Assembly (NCBI GenBank): GCA_964583695.1
Contig: CAZOWA010000012.1
Span: forward strand, 11,077 to 75,076
Reading direction: 5' to 3'
Length of the DNA stretch: 64,000 nt
Source of the DNA: an uncultured Dechloromonas sp.
Lineage (GTDB): Bacteria > Pseudomonadota > Gammaproteobacteria > Burkholderiales > Rhodocyclaceae
The translations under genes and the position numbers were made by a program. The stretch's first letter is position 1. The number at the start of each line of letters is the position of its first letter. Below, piece after piece: positions 34,766 through 43,939 of this stretch. The notes under the pieces are model-generated. The model worked only from the letters and a program-made list of their open reading frames with translations, was not told the origin of the DNA and searched no databases.

Positions 34766-36655
34766 ATGCAGACCGAATCGGTAGCAGCCGTGGTCGACCG
34801 CGTGGTCACCCGCTACCGGCGCGACCCCACTTACATGGTGCAGATACTGCGCGAGGTCCAGGAAGCGCTGGACTGGCTTTCCCCGGAAACGATCAGCACG
34901 CTGGAAGTCGCGCTGGGCGTGCCGCGCACCAAGATCGAAGGCGTGGCGGGGTTTTATTCCTTTTTCTATACCGAGCCGCGCGGCAAATACCGGATTCTTT
35001 TTTCCGACAACATTACCGATCGCATGCTGGGCAACCAGCCGCTTATCGAGCGCCTGTGCAAGAACCTGTGGATCGAGCCCGGCAAGGTTTCCGAAGACGG
35101 GCTGGTCAGCGTCGCCTCGACCTCCTGTACTGGCATGTGCGATCAGGGGCCGGCGCTGCTCGTCAATAACCGGGCAATTTCCGGGTTGACCGCGGAACGC
35201 ATCGACCAGATCGCCGAACTGGTACGCAATCAGGTGGATCTTGCCGAATGGCCGGCCGAATTGTTCAGCGTCCAAGACAATGTTCGTCGTGCCGACATCC
35301 TGCTTGGCGCCACGATGCAACCGGGCGATGCCCTGCGTGCCGCCCATGCGCGCGTGCCGAGCGACGGTCTGCTCGCTTCCAACACCCGTTCCTGGCGCGA
35401 AGGTCTGCCCAGCGGGCTGAGCGGGCCTTCGGCCGTACTCGACGAAATCAAGCATGCCAACCTGCGTGGTCGCGGCGGCGCCGGGTTTACCACCGGCCTG
35501 AAGTGGGAAGCCTGCCGCAACGCACCGCTCGAACCGGGCCAGCAGCGCTTTGTCGTCTGCAATGCCGACGAAGGCGAGCCGGGTACCTTCAAGGATCGTG
35601 TCCTGCTCACCTCGCATGCCGATCTGGTTTTTGAAGGCATGACCATCGCTGCCTACGCGGTCGGGGCGCGCCGCGGTTTTCTTTATCTGCGCGGCGAATA
35701 CCGGCATTTGCTCGAACCGCTCAACGCCGTACTCGAACGCCGGCGTCGTGACAATCTGCTGGGCAACGACATCATCGGTATTCCCGGCGGTGATTTCGAC
35801 ATTGAAATCCACCTTGGGGCGGGCGCCTATGTCTGCGGCGAGGAATCGGCCCTCATCGAATCGCTCGAAGGCAAGCGCGGTACCCCGCGCAACCGGCCGC
35901 CTTTCCCGGTGACCAAGGGTTATCACCAGCAGCCGACCATCGTCAATAATGTCGAAACCTATGCCGCTGCGGCACTCATCGCCCTCAACGGTGGCGCGTG
36001 GTATGCCGGCATCGGTACCAAACACTCTGCCGGCACCAAGCTGTTGTCGGTCTCCGGTGATTGTGCCCGGCCCGGTATCTACGAGTATCCGTTCGGCGTC
36101 AGCATTCGTCAGGTGCTGGCTGATTGCGGCGCCACCGACACTCAGGCCGTGCAGGTCAGCGGGCCATCCGGGATCTGCGTCACGCCAGACGAATTTGACC
36201 GCTGCATCGGTTTTGAAGACATTCCCACGGCCGGCGCCTTCACCATTTTCGACAACAGCCGCGACATGTTCGAAGTCGCCCGCAACTACGTGCATTTCTT
36301 CCAGCACGAAAGCTGCGGATTCTGCACGCCGTGCCGGGTTGGCACCTCGCTGCTGATGAACCTGATGGACAAGCTGCACAACGGCCACGGTTCGCCCTAC
36401 GACTTCAAGGAAATCGAAAATCTCAACCAGTTGCTGCGTTCGATGAGCCATTGCGGGCTGGGGCACACCGCCTGCAATCCGGTACTCGACACCATTGCCA
36501 AGTTCCGGCCGGCCTATGACCGGCGTCTGGTTCATAACGACTTCACGCCGGCCTTCGATCTCGACCGGGCGCTTGCCGCGGCGCGCCAGATGACCGGGCG
36601 CGACGATCCCGACGCCCACATTCCTGCCGAACAACCCGGGGAGGCCACGGCATGA
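34766..36655 (+). CDS. hoxF: NAD-reducing [NiFe] hydrogenase diaphorase subunit HoxF
   Basis: ORF 34700-36655; the ATG at 34766 (MQTESVAAVVDRVVTRYRRDP) gives 629 aa. It is a NuoE-like plus NuoF-like fusion ([38 protein letters not shown]). Confidence 0.93.
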   Translation: MQTESVAAVVDRVVTRYRRDPTYMVQILREVQEALDWLSPETISTLEVALGVPRTKIEGVAGFYSFFYTEPRGKYRILFSDNITDRMLGNQPLIERLCKNLWIEPGKVSEDGLVSVASTSCTGMCDQGPALLVNNRAISGLTAERIDQIAELVRNQVDLAEWPAELFSVQDNVRRADILLGATMQPGDALRAAHARVPSDGLLASNTRSWREGLPSGLSGPSAVLDEIKHANLRGRGGAGFTTGLKWEACRNAPLEPGQQRFVVCNADEGEPGTFKDRVLLTSHADLVFEGMTIAAYAVGARRGFLYLRGEYRHLLEPLNAVLERRRRDNLLGNDIIGIPGGDFDIEIHLGAGAYVCGEESALIESLEGKRGTPRNRPPFPVTKGYHQQPTIVNNVETYAAAALIALNGGAWYAGIGTKHSAGTKLLSVSGDCARPGIYEYPFGVSIRQVLADCGATDTQAVQVSGPSGICVTPDEFDRCIGFEDIPTAGAFTIFDNSRDMFEVARNYVHFFQHESCGFCTPCRVGTSLLMNLMDKLHNGHGSPYDFKEIENLNQLLRSMSHCGLGHTACNPVLDTIAKFRPAYDRRLVHNDFTPAFDLDRALAAARQMTGRDDPDAHIPAEQPGEATA

Positions 36656-37362
36656 ACCACACCTTCACCATCGACGGCAAAGTCATTCCCTTTGCCGAAG
36701 GGCAAACCATCATGCAGGCGGCGACGGCGGCCGGGGTTTATATCCCGCACCTCTGTTACCACCCGGAATTCAAGCCGCACGGTTCCTGCAAGCTGTGCAC
36801 CGTCAAGGTCAACGGCCGGCACGCCACTTCCTGCACCATGCTGGCCGCACCGGGCATGCGGGTCGAGAGCGAAACCGAGGAAATCAATGCCAAGCGCCGC
36901 GCGCTGACCCAGATGCTGTTCGTCGAGGGTAACCATTTCTGCCCCTCCTGCGAAAAGAGCGGCAACTGCCAGTTGCAGGCCACGGCCTACCATCTCGGCA
37001 TGATGTCGCCGCATTACGATCATTTCTTCCCGAATCGTCCGGTCGATGCCTCGCACCCGGAAGTCATCCTCGAAACCAACCGCTGCATTCTCTGTTCGCT
37101 GTGCGTGCGCGCCAGCCGCGATGTCGATGGCAAGAACGTCTTCGCGCTTTCCGGGCGCGGGATCGAGACGCGGCTCATCGTCAATGCGGCCTCCGGGCGA
37201 CTTGGCGACACCGATTTCACGCTGGCCGACAAGGCGGCGGAAGTCTGCCCGGTCGGGGTCATTCTCAAAAAACGCCAGGGCTTCGCGGTGCCCATCGGGC
37301 AACGCAAGTACGACGAGAAGCCGATTTCGGAACAGGTTGAAACTTCTGCGGAGGGCCAATGA
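36652..37362 (+). CDS. hoxU: NAD-reducing hydrogenase diaphorase subunit HoxU (Fe-S)
   Basis: 236 aa, similar to the NuoG N-terminus (CYHPEFKPHGSCKLCTV, CPSCEKSGNCQLQ, CILCSLCVRA). ATGA overlap with hoxF. Confidence 0.93.
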   Translation: MNHTFTIDGKVIPFAEGQTIMQAATAAGVYIPHLCYHPEFKPHGSCKLCTVKVNGRHATSCTMLAAPGMRVESETEEINAKRRALTQMLFVEGNHFCPSCEKSGNCQLQATAYHLGMMSPHYDHFFPNRPVDASHPEVILETNRCILCSLCVRASRDVDGKNVFALSGRGIETRLIVNAASGRLGDTDFTLADKAAEVCPVGVILKKRQGFAVPIGQRKYDEKPISEQVETSAEGQ

Positions 37363-37363
37363 C

Positions 37364-37918
37364 ATGGACGCCCCGGTCAAGAAAAAACTGAAAGTCGCCA
37401 CCACCTCGCTCGCTGGCTGTTTCGGCTGCCACATGTCCTTTCTCGATATCGATGAGCGTCTGTTGACCTTGCTCGAACACATCGAGTTCGACCGTTCGCC
37501 GCTCACCGATCTCAAGGAAGTGAACCCCGAGTGCGACATCGGCATCATCGAGGGCGGGTTGTGCAATGCCGAAAACGTGCATGTCCTGCGGCACTTCCGC
37601 AAGAACTGCAAGATTCTCATCGCCACCGGCGCGTGTGCGGTCAATGGCGGTTTGCCGGCGCAGCGCAATCATCTGCCGGTGGGCGGCATTCTCGAAGAGG
37701 TCTACATCACTGGCCACGGGCTCGCCAACCAGATGATTCCCAACGATCCGGAACTGCCGCTGGTGCTGGACAAGGTGCATCCCATCCACGAAGTCGTGAA
37801 GGTCGATTACTTCATTCCCGGCTGCCCGCCCTCCGGTGACGCCATCTGGAAAGTGCTGACCGACCTGCTGGCCGGCAAGGAGCCCGAGCTGGGCCACGGC
37901 CTGATGCATTACGACTGA
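37364..37918 (+). CDS. hoxY: NAD-reducing hydrogenase small subunit HoxY
   Basis: The ATG at 37364 lies 1 nt after the hoxU stop and gives 184 aa. LAGCFGCHMSFLD and IPGCPP are present. Confidence 0.93.
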   Translation: MDAPVKKKLKVATTSLAGCFGCHMSFLDIDERLLTLLEHIEFDRSPLTDLKEVNPECDIGIIEGGLCNAENVHVLRHFRKNCKILIATGACAVNGGLPAQRNHLPVGGILEEVYITGHGLANQMIPNDPELPLVLDKVHPIHEVVKVDYFIPGCPPSGDAIWKVLTDLLAGKEPELGHGLMHYD

Positions 37919-38020
37919 ATTCATGGCGCTTTCAACCCATGCCTTTGTCCACTTCGCCTTGCCGTGCAAACGCACTGTCTGTGGCTTGTTTTCGCGCCCT
38001 GGGCCGAAATCGCCATGAAT
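37919..38020 (+). repeat. 102-bp element with 15-bp inverted termini in the hoxY-hoxH spacer
   Basis: ATTCATGGCGCTTTC (37919-37933) pairs with GAAATCGCCATGAAT (38006-38020). 14 of 15 positions are complementary and the outer 10 are perfect. The element starts right after the hoxY stop and ends just before the hoxH RBS (GGGAGA). Confidence 0.6.
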
Positions 38021-38034
38021 CACGGGAGATTTGA

Positions 38035-39513
38035 ATGACCTACCAACTGGAAACCTGCAATCTTGAAACCGCCTCCAATCCCGAAGGCCTGCGCCGGGTG
38101 GCGATCGACCCAGTTTCCCGCGTCGAGGGGCACGGCAAGGTGACCCTGCTGCTCGACGAGCACAACCAGGTGCATCAGGTGCGCCTGCACATCGTTGAGT
38201 TCCGGGGCTTTGAAAAATTCATCCAGGGCCGCCCCTACTGGGAAGTGCCGGTCATGGTGCAGCGTCTCTGCGGTATCTGCCCGGTGTCGCACCATCTTGC
38301 CGCCTCCAAGGCGCTGGACATGATCGTCGGCGCCAAAAAGCTCACGCCCGCCGCCGAAAAACTGCGCAGGCTGATGCATTACGGCCAGATGCTCCAATCG
38401 CATGCCCTGCATTTCTTCCACCTCAGCTCGCCCGATCTGCTCTTCGGATTCGACAGCGACGTCACGCATCGCAACATCGTCGGCGTCGCCGCCGCCCATC
38501 CGGAAATCGCCAAGCAGGGCATCCTGCTGCGCAAGTTCGGGCAGGAAGTCATCCGCGTCACTGCCGGCAAGCGCGTGCACGGCACCGGCGCCGTGCCGGG
38601 CGGCATGAACAAGTCGCTGAGCATCGCCGACCGTGACGAACTGCTCAGGGACATCTACCAGATCGTCGGCTGGGCCCGCGATGCCGTGCACCTCATCGAA
38701 AAGGTGCACATCCAGGACCCCGGCCTCTACAACAGTTTCGGCACCGTGCGTTCGAGTTCGCTTTCCATCGTCGGCCACAACGGCGATCTCGACTTCTACC
38801 ACGGCACCTTGCGCGCCCGTGACGACAAGGGTGACACCATCTTCGACGGCATCGATTACCAGCACTACGACCAGTACATCGACGAGGAAGTGAAAGCCTG
38901 GAGCTACATGAAGTTCCCCTTCATCCGCACGCTCGGCAAGGATCGCGGCTGGTACAAGGTCGGGCCGCTGGCGCGGGTGCAGAACTGCGACCAGATTCCC
39001 ACCCCATTTGCCGAACAGGAACGCAAGGCATTCGTCGACTACGCCGGCGGCATGCCCATGCACGCGCCGCTCGCCTACCACTGGACGCGCATGATCGAGA
39101 TGCTGCACGCCGCCGAAGTCATCAAGGATCTGCTCCACGACGACGACCTGCTCAGCAACGACCTGATGGTCGAAGGCGTGCGCCAGCGTGAAGGCGTTGG
39201 CGTCATCGAAGCCCCGCGCGGCACGCTGTTCCACCACTACCGTGTCGACGACAACGACCTCGTCACCATGTGCAACCTGATCGTCTCCACCACCAACAAC
39301 AATCAGGCCATGAACGAAGCCGTGCGGCAGGTTGCCCGGCGCTACCTCAACGGGCGCGAAGTCACCGAAGGGCTGCTCAACCACATCGAAGTCGCCATCC
39401 GCGCCTTCGACCCCTGCCTATCCTGCGCTACCCACGCGCTGGGCAAAATGCCGCTCGAAGTCGAACTCATCGACCCGGACGGCACCCAGGTGCACGCCCT
39501 GAGCAAATCGTGA
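38035..39513 (+). CDS. hoxH: NAD-reducing [NiFe] hydrogenase large subunit HoxH
   Basis: 492 aa with RVEGHGKV, the N-terminal Ni-binding motif RLCGICPVSH and the C-terminal motif DPCLSCATH. Confidence 0.96.
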   Translation: MTYQLETCNLETASNPEGLRRVAIDPVSRVEGHGKVTLLLDEHNQVHQVRLHIVEFRGFEKFIQGRPYWEVPVMVQRLCGICPVSHHLAASKALDMIVGAKKLTPAAEKLRRLMHYGQMLQSHALHFFHLSSPDLLFGFDSDVTHRNIVGVAAAHPEIAKQGILLRKFGQEVIRVTAGKRVHGTGAVPGGMNKSLSIADRDELLRDIYQIVGWARDAVHLIEKVHIQDPGLYNSFGTVRSSSLSIVGHNGDLDFYHGTLRARDDKGDTIFDGIDYQHYDQYIDEEVKAWSYMKFPFIRTLGKDRGWYKVGPLARVQNCDQIPTPFAEQERKAFVDYAGGMPMHAPLAYHWTRMIEMLHAAEVIKDLLHDDDLLSNDLMVEGVRQREGVGVIEAPRGTLFHHYRVDDNDLVTMCNLIVSTTNNNQAMNEAVRQVARRYLNGREVTEGLLNHIEVAIRAFDPCLSCATHALGKMPLEVELIDPDGTQVHALSKS

Positions 39514-39998
39514 GCGCCCCGGTCGTCATTTTCGCTGTCGGCAATCCCAGCCGCGGCGACGATGCGATCGGGCCGGAAATCTGCGGTCAACTCGAAAAAT
39601 GGCTCGAAAATGAACAACTCGCCGACCAGTTCGAGCTGATCGAAGACTTCCAGCTCCAGATCGAACACGCCCTCGATCTGCAAGGTCGCAGGCTCGCCCT
39701 GTTCATCGATGCCGGCGAAAACACCCCGGCCCCCTACACCTTTTGCCAGATCGAAGCCGCTAGCGGCATCGCCCACACCACCCACGAACTCCCGCCAGAA
39801 GCCGTGCTTCAGGTCTACTGGCAAACTGAAAACACCCTGCCGCCACCCGCTTTCACTCTTTGCATCAGCGGCCAGGATTTCGAACTCGGCGACCCACTCA
39901 GCAGCGCTGCCGAGCAGCACACACGTGCCGCCTTCGAACTGCTTGAAAACCTCTGTCGCCAGCCCACACTCGAGGCGTGGCGCCGGGTAAGCGGCTGA
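39510..39998 (+). CDS. hoxW: Hydrogenase maturation endopeptidase HoxW
   Basis: GTG start at 39510 overlaps the hoxH stop (GTGA), giving 162 aa. IFAVGNPSRGDDAIG is typical of HybD/HoxW-type proteases. Confidence 0.82.
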   Translation: MSAPVVIFAVGNPSRGDDAIGPEICGQLEKWLENEQLADQFELIEDFQLQIEHALDLQGRRLALFIDAGENTPAPYTFCQIEAASGIAHTTHELPPEAVLQVYWQTENTLPPPAFTLCISGQDFELGDPLSSAAEQHTRAAFELLENLCRQPTLEAWRRVSG

Positions 39999-40010
39999 AA
40001 AAGCCGGCTT

Positions 40011-40083
40011 CCACGGTCAACCCGAAAAAACGCGGTTTTTTGCCATTGGCAAAATTTGGCGATTTTTCAGGTTGACCGCGGCA
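40011..40083. repeat. Dispersed repeat family, full-length palindromic copy E
   Basis: CCACGGTCAACCCGAAAAAACGCGG ... GGCGATTTTTCAGGTTGACCGCGGCA. The two arms are inverted around a spacer of about 25 nt. It lies between the convergent hoxW and M48 genes. Confidence 0.85.
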
Positions 40084-40132
40084 TTTGCCGTTCGCGGTCG
40101 CGCTGTGGGCCGTTCCGGCATGGCAACGCAAA

Positions 40133-40159
40133 ACGGGCCGCGATTGCGGCCCGTTTTGA
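40133..40159. terminator. Bidirectional terminator abutting the M48 gene stop
   Basis: ACGGGCCGC-GATT-GCGGCCCGT flanked by AAAA and TTTT. Confidence 0.6.
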
Positions 40160-42997
40160 TTAGCGGCTCAATGCCTGCCAGCGCCTGATTTGTGGCGTGT
40201 CCGGCGTGTCCCATTGGGCATGGGTTGCGGCGACACGTCGGCGTTCCTGCTCGTTGTCGAGGCGTTCAAGCACGCCTTCCGGTTCGATATCGGCGGGTGC
40301 GCCGCTCAGCACTTTGCGCGTGCCGCTGCCGGTCTTGGTTTTGATGCTGGTCGGTGGTTCGGCGAAATAGACGTCTGCTCCGCCGGCCAGCCAGCGCGGG
40401 GCGCCCAGCATTCTCGGTGGCACTTCGGCGGCGCTGCCGTAGGTGGCTGTCCACTCGATGAGTGGGCTGGCGCCAGCGATGTTGTAAACGTAATGCCGGC
40501 TATGCCCGTGAATTTCGGGGCGGAAGCGTTCTATTTCCTGTCCTGCCCGGGTATGGGCGAGTAGTTCGGCCTTTTCGTCGAGGCGAGCGGAGAAGTTATG
40601 GTTGCCATGGGGGGCGACCGTGAAATGCTGGTCGCCCAGCGTGACCTGAACCGGCTGGTTCAGGCCGTTGAATACGGAAATGTCGCTTTCCTGCGAGGTG
40701 CCGCCACTGAATCCAAGGACTGCGCCGACGATGGCGCCGGCGCCGAGTAGGCGGATGCCGGCAAAGATCGGGCCGTCGGCGGTTTGCAGGCGGTCCCACC
40801 AGCCGAGTCTGGTTTGCCGTTCGCGTTCGGCGCCGATCAGGCGGATCGGGTAATCGCCGGGAACGGCACTGGGGGTGGGGGCCGCTGTCGTTGTCTCGGG
40901 CTGTTGCAGGGCATTGGCGATCTGGTTTTCGCTGCTCAGGAGTTGTTCGAGGCAGGCTGAACTCAAGGCGGAGCAGGCGCCGGCCGCGGCGTTGACCCAG
41001 CCGTCGATGACGTTGAGCCAGTCGCCGATGTTATCGTCGCTGGCTTCTGGGAGTTCGAATTCGCCCAGCATGTCAGCCCATGAAGTGGCTTCCAGTCGAT
41101 CCAGCAGGGTTTGATCGAGGCACACGGCGGTGCGGATTTCGTACAGTTTGAAGAGCACGCCATGCAGTTCGTTGGCGGCGGCGACCAGACGTTTCCGTTC
41201 CTTTTTGCTGACCTTGCCATCAGCGGTGACGACGGCATAGACGTTGGCCAGCATGCCTTGCGCGTCGCGCAGGTCGGCTTCACCATGCTCAGCGAAATGC
41301 AGGGTGTTGATCAGGCCGCTCAGATATTCCGGCCAGCCTTGGCCGAGTTGGCGGGCGGCGGCGAGGTGCAGGCTGCGGCAGCGCCGGTCATGTTCGAGTA
41401 CGCGCTCGCGCAGGACATCGACTTCCTTTCGCACCTGGGCCATGACTTGCGGCAGGTCGCGGCGGGAAATTTCCCGGCCGCGGAAGACAAGGCGCTTGCC
41501 CCGGGCTTCGTAGCGCTTGTCGTGCAGCGCCTTGAGGCAGGCGTATTCCTCGTCGAGATCACGCAGCTTGGCGAGGTCGGTCGACAGCACGGGCGGATAG
41601 AGCGTATTGACGGCCTGCGGCAGGGTGGCGGTGTCGATCCGCGCGGAATAGAGTTCGTCGGCCTTCGTGACGTGCCGTGTGAGTGGGCGTCCGAGGAAGG
41701 CGCCGCGATAGCGCGGGTCGTATTGTTGCAGGCGATAGCGTTCGTCGAGGGCTTCCAGCGTTTCTTCCGCCGTGGTGATTTCGCCTTCTACGGCACCGAA
41801 TGCCTGTTCGGCCAGCGCGGTCTTGACTGCCGGAAGGTTCTCGAAAAGCAGGCTGGCGCTGCGTTCGTCGCGTCGAGACGGAATGTAGGTTTGCTTGGCA
41901 TTGTCTTCCCGGTCGGCGCTGGCCGGGTGGGTCGACCACATCTGTGGCGGCTGGGCGAAACCGGTCTTGAAGACGCGTTCCTTTTCTCCCGCGGTCGGGG
42001 TCGCGCCATAGCCGGGATCGTCGAGGATGCGCGCCATCGTTTCGATGATGCGGGTTTGCACGGCATAGAGGTCGTAGACCTTCTTGCCGCGCCCCAGCTG
42101 GCTGTTGGCGAAGCTCAGCGTGCGCGCCCAGGCATCATCAGCTGCCTGGAGCTTGTGCAGGGCATTGACGATTTCGTCGCTGCCGGTGAGCGACACGGCG
42201 ACCAGGTCGGCGTGGAATTCCATTTGTCGGGAGAGCGAACGCTGGGCGAGAACGACGAGCCGCAACAGGCTGTCCATCAGCGAGCGGATCGACCAGACGA
42301 TCAGGGAAAGCAGCCAGCCGACCCAGGCAATGCGCAGATCGGTGCGGGAGATGCCGGCCAGAAAGTTGTCCAGCGCATCGCGCCGGTAAATGATCTGGCT
42401 GGCGATTTGCTGGGCGATGTAAACCCAGCTGCCGATGGCCATCGAGCGCTGGGCAAAATGGCCGAATTCGTGGGCGAGCACCGCCTTGAATTCGCTCAAA
42501 TTGAGGATGTTGACCAGCGGCAGGCCGATTTCCAGATTCTTGCGCGAGGGAAAGAGCAGGTTGAGGATCGAAAGATCGTAGAACACCGCGGCATTGACCC
42601 GGGCCGACAGATAGACATGGGCCGGGCGAGGCGCGCCGGCTTCGTCGGCCAGCCGATAAAGGAATTCGAACAGGCGGGGCTGGTCGGCTGCCTTCAGTTC
42701 AAGCAGATCCTTGTTGTCGCCGCGCTGGATGAAAAACAAGGCCTTCAGCATGAAGACCGCGAGAAAGGCCGATCCGCCACCCACCAGCCAGTTGGAGAGA
42801 TTGCCGCCGCCGCTGACGACGGCATCCTCAATCAGCCGCCAGGCAGTGGCGACGAACCAGCCAGCCAGAAACAGGTAGACGAGGACGAAACCCACCAGGC
42901 TGACGCTGGCCAGCCACGCCCGTTGTTTATACGTCGGGCCGGGCTGGGTCAGGTTGCTCGGGATGTCGGTGGGGCCTTGGGGGTACAGCGTGTCCAT
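40160..42997 (-). CDS. M48-family zinc metallopeptidase with long C-terminal extension
   Basis: ORF 40160-43282; the likely start is the ATG at 42997 (MDTLYPQGP), giving 945 aa. It has TM helices, HEFGH in AVLAHEFGHFAQRS, about 500 aa of unassigned sequence, a further TM helix and a C-terminal domain. Confidence 0.8.
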   Translation of the reverse strand: MDTLYPQGPTDIPSNLTQPGPTYKQRAWLASVSLVGFVLVYLFLAGWFVATAWRLIEDAVVSGGGNLSNWLVGGGSAFLAVFMLKALFFIQRGDNKDLLELKAADQPRLFEFLYRLADEAGAPRPAHVYLSARVNAAVFYDLSILNLLFPSRKNLEIGLPLVNILNLSEFKAVLAHEFGHFAQRSMAIGSWVYIAQQIASQIIYRRDALDNFLAGISRTDLRIAWVGWLLSLIVWSIRSLMDSLLRLVVLAQRSLSRQMEFHADLVAVSLTGSDEIVNALHKLQAADDAWARTLSFANSQLGRGKKVYDLYAVQTRIIETMARILDDPGYGATPTAGEKERVFKTGFAQPPQMWSTHPASADREDNAKQTYIPSRRDERSASLLFENLPAVKTALAEQAFGAVEGEITTAEETLEALDERYRLQQYDPRYRGAFLGRPLTRHVTKADELYSARIDTATLPQAVNTLYPPVLSTDLAKLRDLDEEYACLKALHDKRYEARGKRLVFRGREISRRDLPQVMAQVRKEVDVLRERVLEHDRRCRSLHLAAARQLGQGWPEYLSGLINTLHFAEHGEADLRDAQGMLANVYAVVTADGKVSKKERKRLVAAANELHGVLFKLYEIRTAVCLDQTLLDRLEATSWADMLGEFELPEASDDNIGDWLNVIDGWVNAAAGACSALSSACLEQLLSSENQIANALQQPETTTAAPTPSAVPGDYPIRLIGAERERQTRLGWWDRLQTADGPIFAGIRLLGAGAIVGAVLGFSGGTSQESDISVFNGLNQPVQVTLGDQHFTVAPHGNHNFSARLDEKAELLAHTRAGQEIERFRPEIHGHSRHYVYNIAGASPLIEWTATYGSAAEVPPRMLGAPRWLAGGADVYFAEPPTSIKTKTGSGTRKVLSGAPADIEPEGVLERLDNEQERRRVAATHAQWDTPDTPQIRRWQALSR

Positions 42998-43206
42998 TGC
43001 CAAATTGTCCTCGGTTGAATGCGTGGTGTCGGCTGTTCGCCTCGTTGAGCCGTGCAGCCTGCGTTTCTGGGATGTCGGCGCTAGTACGTCGGCATTTTCA
43101 GGATGGTATCGAAATGCCCGGAATCGGGCAATTACAGTGGCATCGGGCATTGGTTCGGTCCACCGCATGCGCCCGGGTGCATGCTCGTTCCGGAATCTCG
43201 TTCTGC

Positions 43207-43246
43207 TGCGGTCAACCCGAAAAATCGGCGGATTTTGGCGATTGCC
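43207..43246 (+). repeat. Dispersed repeat family, half copy F
   Basis: TGCGGTCAACCCGAAAAATCGGCGGATTTTGGCGATTGCC lies in the 490-bp divergent region between the M48 and VOC genes. Confidence 0.8.
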
Positions 43247-43486
43247 GGGAAGCCATTTTCCCAGGTACTCGACATGGCGCACTGGCTTTATTATGCTGAT
43301 GTGCTTTTATTTCGCTTGCGCTTGATCGGGAGTAAGGATGACTGCCCGCAGTATCCTCATCGTTGCCGCTGCCCCATTCATCGTCCACGCCGAGTCGCTT
43401 GGTTTGTCGGGTTTCTACAAGGATCGACGGCCGGAGCTGATTCTCCAGAAACGGCTGCCCTGATTCACTATTTCGCTGGATATCCC

Positions 43487-43882
43487 ATGCTCGTACTCGA
43501 CCACGTTTCCATTTCCGTCCCAAGCACCGAGATCGCCCGTCCGTTTTACGACGCGGTGATGGCCGCGCTCGGTGTGGCGAAAGTCTATGATCGTCCCGGC
43601 GCGCTGGGTTACGGTGTCCGGTGTAACGACATTGAGGATTTTCATTCCTGTCTGGCCGTGTATGCGTCGGCCGAGGCGAATTTCGATGAAAAGCGCCATT
43701 GGTGTTTCAAGGCCACGACCCGGGCGCAGGTTGCCGCCTTTCATTCTGCCGGTCTGGCCAATGGTGGCAGCGACAATGGCGCTCCGGGTCTGCGTCCGGA
43801 TTATCACGCCAATTATTTCGGTGCCTTCCTTTACGACCCGTTCGGAAATCGTATCGAGGCGGTTTGCCACCGTGGGGAATGA
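43487..43882 (+). CDS. VOC (glyoxalase/bleomycin-resistance/dioxygenase) family protein
   Basis: ORF 43103-43882; the upstream part crosses the repeat, so the likely start is the ATG at 43487 (MLVLDHVSISVPS), giving 131 aa. The C-terminal motif FLYDPFGNRIEAV is present. Confidence 0.8.
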   Translation: MLVLDHVSISVPSTEIARPFYDAVMAALGVAKVYDRPGALGYGVRCNDIEDFHSCLAVYASAEANFDEKRHWCFKATTRAQVAAFHSAGLANGGSDNGAPGLRPDYHANYFGAFLYDPFGNRIEAVCHRGE

Positions 43883-43939
43883 CGGAGGCGAGATGGATTA
43901 TTTTTCCGGCTTTCGTGGCCGATCACCGAGCTAGCAGGC

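Noticed and set aside
37923-38018. 31-codon ORF (MALSTHAFVHFALPCKRTVCGLFSRPGPKSP) inside the hoxY-hoxH spacer.
   Set aside because: It has no RBS, and its start and stop fall inside the inverted termini. The inverted-repeat structure is the more economical explanation.
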